A DNA stretch of 64,000 nt from Sphingobacteriaceae bacterium (GTDB taxonomy: Bacteria; Bacteroidota; Bacteroidia; Sphingobacteriales; Sphingobacteriaceae): NCBI GenBank assembly GCA_035575925.1, contig DATLXK010000070.1, positions 1,406 to 65,405 of the forward strand, read 5' to 3'. The translations under genes were made by a program, and so were the position numbers. Positions 58,786 through 64,000 of the stretch are shown here, piece by piece (the stretch's first letter is position 1; every line of letters starts with the position of its first letter). Below the pieces are notes generated by a model. That model did no database searches. It was not told the DNA's origin and saw only the letters and a list, made by a program, of their open reading frames with translations.

Positions 58786-61700
58786 CTAATTAATATTTTC
58801 GAGCCCGTCTTTTTCACCGGCTTTAAAATAAGGTTCAATCGCTTTCCTTCCATACTTATAAAATACCACCGGGGTAACGATCATATCTAAAAGCGTACTG
58901 CTAACGAGTCCGCCCAGAATTACTGTTGCCACGGGATACAGAATTTCCTTCCCGGCAGCGCTTGCATCCAGCGTAAGCGGTATTAATGCCAGCGCGGCAA
59001 CCAATGCCGTCATTAAAACCGGCACGAGCCTTTCCAGTGAACCCCGGATGATCATTTGCTTGCTAAACTGTTCTCCCTCATGCTCTATTAAATGAATGTA
59101 ATGCGATATCATCATAATGCCGTTCCGGGAAGCGATACCGGTAAGCGTAATGAAACCTACCATAGTAGCAATAGAGAATACACCGCCCGTAAGCATTACT
59201 GCTACTACACTTCCAATTAATGCCAGGGGAATATTAAGCATGATTTGGAACACCATGCGTGATGAATTAAAATGGCTGTATAACACAAGGAAAATGCCTG
59301 CTAATGAAAATATACTTAAAATCAGGATGAGCCTGGAAGCAGATTGCTGGCTTTCGAACTGACCACCGTATTCGATATAATATCCCTGAGGCAGAGGTAG
59401 TTTTGATTTAATAGCAGTCTGCAGCTCCTTAACAGTACTCCCCAGGTCTCTTCCCTGTACATTTGCAGAAATAACAATCCGGCGTTGTGTATTTTCATGA
59501 AAAATAGAGTTGATTCCATTTTCCAGTTCGATCTTAGCAATTTGCTGTAACGGAATCAGCCCGCCATTAGGCAAACTGATTTGCGTATTGCGTATGGCTT
59601 CAATACTATTCCTGGTGCTCTCATTAGCCCGTAATAACAGATCGAATGTTTTCTGTCCGTCCAGTACCTGGCTTACCACGTTCCCGTTATAAAATATTTC
59701 CAGGTCTTCTGCTACCTTGCCGGGCTGTAAACCATATTGCTGAAGTGCCAACCGATCCAGCTTAATCATTAACTGGGGCACAAGCACCTGCTTTTCTACT
59801 TGCACATCTACTACGCCGGGCACCTCATTTATAATCTGCCGGATCTTTGAAGCGTTGCTTCGCAACTCTCCCAGATCATTCCCAAACAGCTTTATAGCTA
59901 CCTGGGCTCTTACTCCTGATAAAAGATGATCTAAACGGTGCGAGATGGGTTGCCCGATATTAACCGTAACTCCTTTTAGCGACGATAGATTGGTTCGCAG
60001 ATCGGCCAGGATCTCTTCCTTTTTCCTTGTAATTTCTTTCGGATCTTTTAAGGCCACTTCTATTTCAGAATTACTTGGCGGTTCCGCATGTTCATCCAGC
60101 TCTGCCCTGCCTGTTCTTCGTGCCGTTACCAATACTTCCGGCACCTTCAGCATTTGTTTCTCGGCAATACTGCCCACCTTGTTGGCTTCCTCCAAAGATG
60201 TTCCGGCAGGTAAGGAAAGGTTTACTGTATAGCTGCCCTCATTAAAGGGAGGCAGGAATTCGGTTCCAAAAAATGGGATAATGGCTATGGCTGCCACGAT
60301 TAAAAAACCTGCAGCACCTAAAACGATAGATGAATGATCGAGCCCCCAATGAAGTAGTTTAGTGTCTTTTCTTTTCAGAAACCTCACTAACGGACTGTCG
60401 TCATCATCCGGATGGTATGGTTTAGTGCTTGCTGTGACCGGTGCAGCATGTTTCTTTTTCCAGAACTGCAAATTAACATGCCTGAGCGCACGCTCAGAAC
60501 CCATTAAATAACTGCACAGGGCTGGTGTTACGGTTAACGAAACAACCAGGGAAGCGATGATGGAGGTTATGTAGGCAATACCCAGCGGGGCAAAGATTTT
60601 TCCCTCTATTCCCTGGAGGTAAAACAGGGGCAAAAACACCAGGACAACTATAATGGTTGCATATACAATGGAGTTTCTTACTTCACTGCTTGCTTCATAA
60701 ACCACTTTTAAAACCGGCTTCGGAGCCGGGCTGGCCCAGTTCTCCTTTAATCTCCGGTATACATTTTCTACATCTACAATCGCATCATCAACCAACTCTC
60801 CGATGGCAATGGCCAGGCCACCCAATGTGAGCGTGTTAATGGATATCCCGAAGGATTTAAAAATGATAGCAGTTATAATTAACGATAACGGGATAGCGGT
60901 TAAGGTAATAATGGTGGTCCTGAAATTAAGCAGGAACAGAAACAGGATAATTACCACTAAAATAAACCCGTCACGTAGGGCATGTTCTACATTAGTAAGC
61001 GAATTTTCAATAAAATGCTTTTGCTGAAAAACATCCGTATTGATCTTAACATCCTTAGGCATGGAGAGTTGCATTTCTGCTACCGCCTCCTTTATTTCTT
61101 CGGTAAGTTCTACCGTATTACCGTTAGGCTGCTTCTCTACACTTAAAATTACTGCAGATTCACCGTTTAAAGAGCCATCCCCGCGTTTCAGGGTAGGCCC
61201 GAATTTTATCTCCGCTACCTGTTTTAACAATATGGGCGACTGATTTTTACTTACAATAACGGTGTTTCCAATTTCATCCAGCGAACTGGCGCCTGTTCTG
61301 GCAATGTTCCGGATTAAAACCTCCGAACCCTGGTAATTAAGGAACCCGCCGGTAGTATTTAAATTGGTATTGCTCAACGCTTCGTCTACCTGGTCAATAG
61401 AAACCCCGAATTGTCGTAATTTATCAGAAGATAACAGCACCTGGTATTGGAGCCGTTCTCCTCCTATCGGCACTACCTGGGATACGCCTTTAATGGCCAT
61501 TAAGCGCCTTCTGATAGTGAAATCAGCCAACGTTCTTACATCCATGGGACTGGTCTCTGTTCCGGTAACCGCAATAAGCATAAACTGACCCATTACCGAG
61601 CTGATGGGCCCCATTACCGGAGTTATACCGGAAGGTAATTCTACAGTCTGCAGCTTTTCAGCAGTTAACTGCCTTGCCCGGTAAACATCTGTATCCCAGT

Positions 61701-61992
61701 CAAATTCAACAAATACCAGACCTAAGCCGGGGGAGGCTACCGAACGCACGATCTCTACCCCGGGAGATCCATTTAACGCAGTTTCGGTTGGTAACAGCAC
61801 CTGCGCTTCAATCTCCTCAGGGGCCATTCCGTCTGCTTCCAGAAAGATGGTAACCCGCGGCCGGTTTAAATCGGGCAGTACATCCACCGGTAGGTTAACC
61901 AGGGTGTAAATACCGTATACCATGAGCAAAGCAGCCCCTGCAAGTACAAATAAGCGGTTTCTTAATGAAAACAGTATTAACGTGTTTAACAT
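58786..61992 (-). CDS. Heavy-metal efflux RND permease (CzcA/CusA family)
   Basis: 1068 aa with 12-TM RND architecture and the HME-type N-terminus MLNTLILFSLRNRLFVL. Metal specificity is not determinable by eye. Confidence 0.9.
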   Translation of the reverse strand: MLNTLILFSLRNRLFVLAGAALLMVYGIYTLVNLPVDVLPDLNRPRVTIFLEADGMAPEEIEAQVLLPTETALNGSPGVEIVRSVASPGLGLVFVEFDWDTDVYRARQLTAEKLQTVELPSGITPVMGPISSVMGQFMLIAVTGTETSPMDVRTLADFTIRRRLMAIKGVSQVVPIGGERLQYQVLLSSDKLRQFGVSIDQVDEALSNTNLNTTGGFLNYQGSEVLIRNIARTGASSLDEIGNTVIVSKNQSPILLKQVAEIKFGPTLKRGDGSLNGESAVILSVEKQPNGNTVELTEEIKEAVAEMQLSMPKDVKINTDVFQQKHFIENSLTNVEHALRDGFILVVIILFLFLLNFRTTIITLTAIPLSLIITAIIFKSFGISINTLTLGGLAIAIGELVDDAIVDVENVYRRLKENWASPAPKPVLKVVYEASSEVRNSIVYATIIVVLVFLPLFYLQGIEGKIFAPLGIAYITSIIASLVVSLTVTPALCSYLMGSERALRHVNLQFWKKKHAAPVTASTKPYHPDDDDSPLVRFLKRKDTKLLHWGLDHSSIVLGAAGFLIVAAIAIIPFFGTEFLPPFNEGSYTVNLSLPAGTSLEEANKVGSIAEKQMLKVPEVLVTARRTGRAELDEHAEPPSNSEIEVALKDPKEITRKKEEILADLRTNLSSLKGVTVNIGQPISHRLDHLLSGVRAQVAIKLFGNDLGELRSNASKIRQIINEVPGVVDVQVEKQVLVPQLMIKLDRLALQQYGLQPGKVAEDLEIFYNGNVVSQVLDGQKTFDLLLRANESTRNSIEAIRNTQISLPNGGLIPLQQIAKIELENGINSIFHENTQRRIVISANVQGRDLGSTVKELQTAIKSKLPLPQGYYIEYGGQFESQQSASRLILILSIFSLAGIFLVLYSHFNSSRMVFQIMLNIPLALIGSVVAVMLTGGVFSIATMVGFITLTGIASRNGIMMISHYIHLIEHEGEQFSKQMIIRGSLERLVPVLMTALVAALALIPLTLDASAAGKEILYPVATVILGGLVSSTLLDMIVTPVVFYKYGRKAIEPYFKAGEKDGLENIN

Positions 61993-62047
61993 ATACTATG
62001 GTCTGAACATGGGTTGCCGGAAATTAACAAGGCAGGCTCTTTAATTA

Positions 62048-62470
62048 TTAATGGTGGTGCCCTGCCGTTTCGGAAGCCTTACCGGGTGTCTTCTTATTCA
62101 GGTCAAAAGATGCAGATGCCGTTTTTCCGCCTTTTTTTAGAGTGATGATGGCTTTATTATACTTTATAGCCGGGCTCAGGTGATAAATAAAGTTTGCTTT
62201 TCCGTTTGCTTTAAGTGCAGACGTACTCACCTTGCCATTAGCGGTTTGAATGAGTGCCGTTGCAGTCGCTCCGGCAATACTCATTGTCTTTTCATTGGCA
62301 TCCAGAAGGTAAACGATCAGTACACCTTTTTTAACCAGAGCTTCAATGTGGAACGCGGTTCCCGCTGTTTTAACTTCGCCGCCGTGAGGTGAACCATGCT
62401 TGTGATCCTGGGCAAATAAAGTAGTTGCCGCAAACAGCAGTGCGCTTAATAAATAAGTTGCTTTTTTCAT
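62048..62470 (-). CDS. Secreted 140-aa His-rich protein (putative periplasmic metal-binding protein)
   Basis: Signal peptide. The mature N-terminus is QDHKHGSPHGGE and the C-terminus is AGHHH. No family recognised. Confidence 0.5.
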   Translation of the reverse strand: MKKATYLLSALLFAATTLFAQDHKHGSPHGGEVKTAGTAFHIEALVKKGVLIVYLLDANEKTMSIAGATATALIQTANGKVSTSALKANGKANFIYHLSPAIKYNKAIITLKKGGKTASASFDLNKKTPGKASETAGHHH

Positions 62471-62492
62471 GTTTTTTTAAATTTAAAGTGAA

Positions 62493-63467
62493 TTAATGTT
62501 TCATGTTCTGCATAGATGCATCTTCATTCGAAGTGCCTTTTCCTTCTTTTACGTTCATTACAAAATCTACGGTATGTACTTTTCCTTTGGATTGAAACTG
62601 GATCCACCCGCGATGCACTCCCGGTTTTTCGAACGTGGTGTGCAGATCAAATTTTCCGTTTTCTACACTCGGGTGTACATGCAGGTATTCCTTTTCATTT
62701 AAACTCACCACTACCATGTGCGCTTTGGCTCCCAGATAATCCTCCAGTACGGCTGGATCAACTGCATTTCCGTTTTGTTTAACTGTCCCGGCTATATGCA
62801 TCGGGCTTTTTGTCTCAAACTTTCCGCCTTCAGGTGTAAGTGTTACAGAAAATCCATTGGCGGAAGAGCCCGTTAGCTTATCTGCAGTATAATTTTTCGC
62901 TGCAGGAGCGCTGCCCGATACAGATACATTTAATTTATCCACGGCAGCATTTCCCCCGGTTGGCTTAAAATCTGCAAACAGTGTGTATTTTCCTCCTGCC
63001 GGGAATTTCGTTTTCACTTTATAAGATCCGGCTGCATCATATTCCGGATGTATATGATCAAAGTAAGAAAGGTCGTCACTTACTACAATAAGGTGGATCT
63101 TTTTGGTATGATCTTCCTTTAAAGGCACCTGTTCAGTTTCTTTTCCTTTTATTTTAGGAATCATGCTTAAAGTTACTTCCTGCCCGGGAGCAACATTTTT
63201 AGGATTGGTATTGAAATCCATAAAATAAACCGTTGAATTTGCCGCGCCTGCATGATCGTTATGCTCCAGCTTCATTCCGCATTTAGGACAGGTATCACCT
63301 TCTTTTCCGGTAACTTCCGGGTGCATGGGACATGAAAAGGTGTGGTTGTGACCCTCTTCTGTACCCGTTGCAGCAGTCGACGAGTTTTTTTTATTTGAAT
63401 CACAGGCTACTAACAATACAGTACCTGATATGATAATGGCGAATAGTGTTTTTAAATTAGCTTTCAT
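62493..63467 (-). CDS. Lipoprotein with a heavy-metal-binding domain (CPMHP...CPKCGM) and a His-rich beta-sandwich-like C-terminal domain
   Basis: Lipobox LVAC, the HMBD motif HTFSCPMHPEVTGKEGDTCPKCGMKLEH, then FDHIHPEYD and LHVHPSVENGKFDLH. Confidence 0.65.
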   Translation of the reverse strand: MKANLKTLFAIIISGTVLLVACDSNKKNSSTAATGTEEGHNHTFSCPMHPEVTGKEGDTCPKCGMKLEHNDHAGAANSTVYFMDFNTNPKNVAPGQEVTLSMIPKIKGKETEQVPLKEDHTKKIHLIVVSDDLSYFDHIHPEYDAAGSYKVKTKFPAGGKYTLFADFKPTGGNAAVDKLNVSVSGSAPAAKNYTADKLTGSSANGFSVTLTPEGGKFETKSPMHIAGTVKQNGNAVDPAVLEDYLGAKAHMVVVSLNEKEYLHVHPSVENGKFDLHTTFEKPGVHRGWIQFQSKGKVHTVDFVMNVKEGKGTSNEDASMQNMKH

Positions 63468-63558
63468 TTTTATTGGTACTAAATTGAATAATATTTTTCC
63501 GGTGTTAGATACTTTGAGTGTTGCTTCAGGTGTATTATACTATGTATCAGATAAATAG

Positions 63559-63894
63559 TTAATTAGCAGCAGTTGATTTTTCCCGCTCATACCTGCAGCA
63601 ACCCGGCAGTTTTGAATATATTGCATCAGGTGTACGGTACTTCTCCGTATCATGGCCTGAATTGGCTACCGCCTGCTGTATTTTATCCATGTTGGTTATG
63701 CCGTCATCATAAGTAACTGTCAGGATTTTAGTTTCTACATTCCAGTCGGATTTATTTACTCCCGCAGTTTGTAACGATCTCTCAATACGTGCTTTACACA
63801 TTTCGCAGTTACCTTTAATTTTTACAGTGCCGGTTTTTTCTTTCCATCCTGAAATGGATGCGAATAAGGCCATGGTGATCAATAGTAATTTCAT
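63559..63894 (-). CDS. Secreted heavy-metal-associated domain protein
   Basis: Signal peptide, HMA motif GNCEMCKARIE and C-terminal PGCCRYE. Confidence 0.7.
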   Translation of the reverse strand: MKLLLITMALFASISGWKEKTGTVKIKGNCEMCKARIERSLQTAGVNKSDWNVETKILTVTYDDGITNMDKIQQAVANSGHDTEKYRTPDAIYSKLPGCCRYEREKSTAAN

Positions 63895-63909
63895 GATTTT
63901 TAATTATAA

Positions 63910-64000
63910 TTATTGATTTAGAAACATAGTTTTCATCTGGTAAGTACCGTTTTGGACAATCCGGCTACCTTCTTTTAGTCCGTTAACCACACTGGTTTGA
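63910..64000 (-). CDS. 3' end of an efflux RND periplasmic adaptor (CzcB/CusB-like); the rest lies beyond the window
   Basis: The last 29 codons, QTSVVNGLKEGSRIVQNGTYQMKTMFLNQ*, have a typical MFP C-terminal pattern. Confidence 0.5.
   Translation of the reverse strand, partial: QTSVVNGLKEGSRIVQNGTYQMKTMFLNQ

Overview
This is a Bacteroidota-type chromosomal segment, probably Sphingobacteriia-like. Supporting signs are TAnnTTTG -7 boxes, no obvious Shine-Dalgarno sequences, and many 1-4 nt gene overlaps. All family calls were made by eye from motifs; no database search was run. Layout: (1) 1-15.7 kb holds housekeeping and envelope genes: an MFS transporter, a 1130-aa ThuA/PQQ-dehydrogenase/PKD/cytochrome c fusion with a paralogous small cytochrome c, a GT87-like + GT2 pair, tyrS, a Nudix hydrolase, an AcpH-like gene, ligA, dapA, a histone H1-like gene and a serine-palmitoyltransferase-like oxoamine synthase. 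(2) 15.8-31.5 kb is a complete dcw cluster on the minus strand (mraZ-rsmH-ftsL-ftsI-murE-mraY-murD-ftsW-murG-murC-ftsQ-ftsA-ftsZ), with a phased GTGG(T/G) MraZ-box triplet upstream. It is followed by pgk, a GNAT gene and gap. (3) tRNA-Glu(UUC) lies at 34448-34519. Directly after it comes a ~14.8 kb AT-richer genomic island (34.5-49.3 kb) bounded by 281-bp direct repeats, with no integrase. Its cargo is defence- and toxin-like: Fic, a small orphan ORF, a TIR-domain protein, a type I R-M system (hsdR-hsdM ... hsdS) interrupted by a DUF3800-like + unknown 151-aa gene pair, a relaxase relic, a second Fic, and HipBA. Relics of hsdM and hsdS 3' ends flank the inserted cassettes. This R-M-embedded cassette set is my best candidate for an undescribed system. 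(4) 49.7-54 kb holds VOC, NamZ-like, CarboxypepD_reg and metallophosphoesterase genes. (5) 54-64 kb is a copper/heavy-metal locus: a BNR propeller with a Cys cluster, CopZ-like, CopA, an AraC regulator with an HMA-like N-terminus, a CzcA/CusA RND pump, three small metal-binding periplasmic proteins, and the 3' end of an RND adaptor. I saw no rRNA, CRISPR array, IS transposase or integrase.
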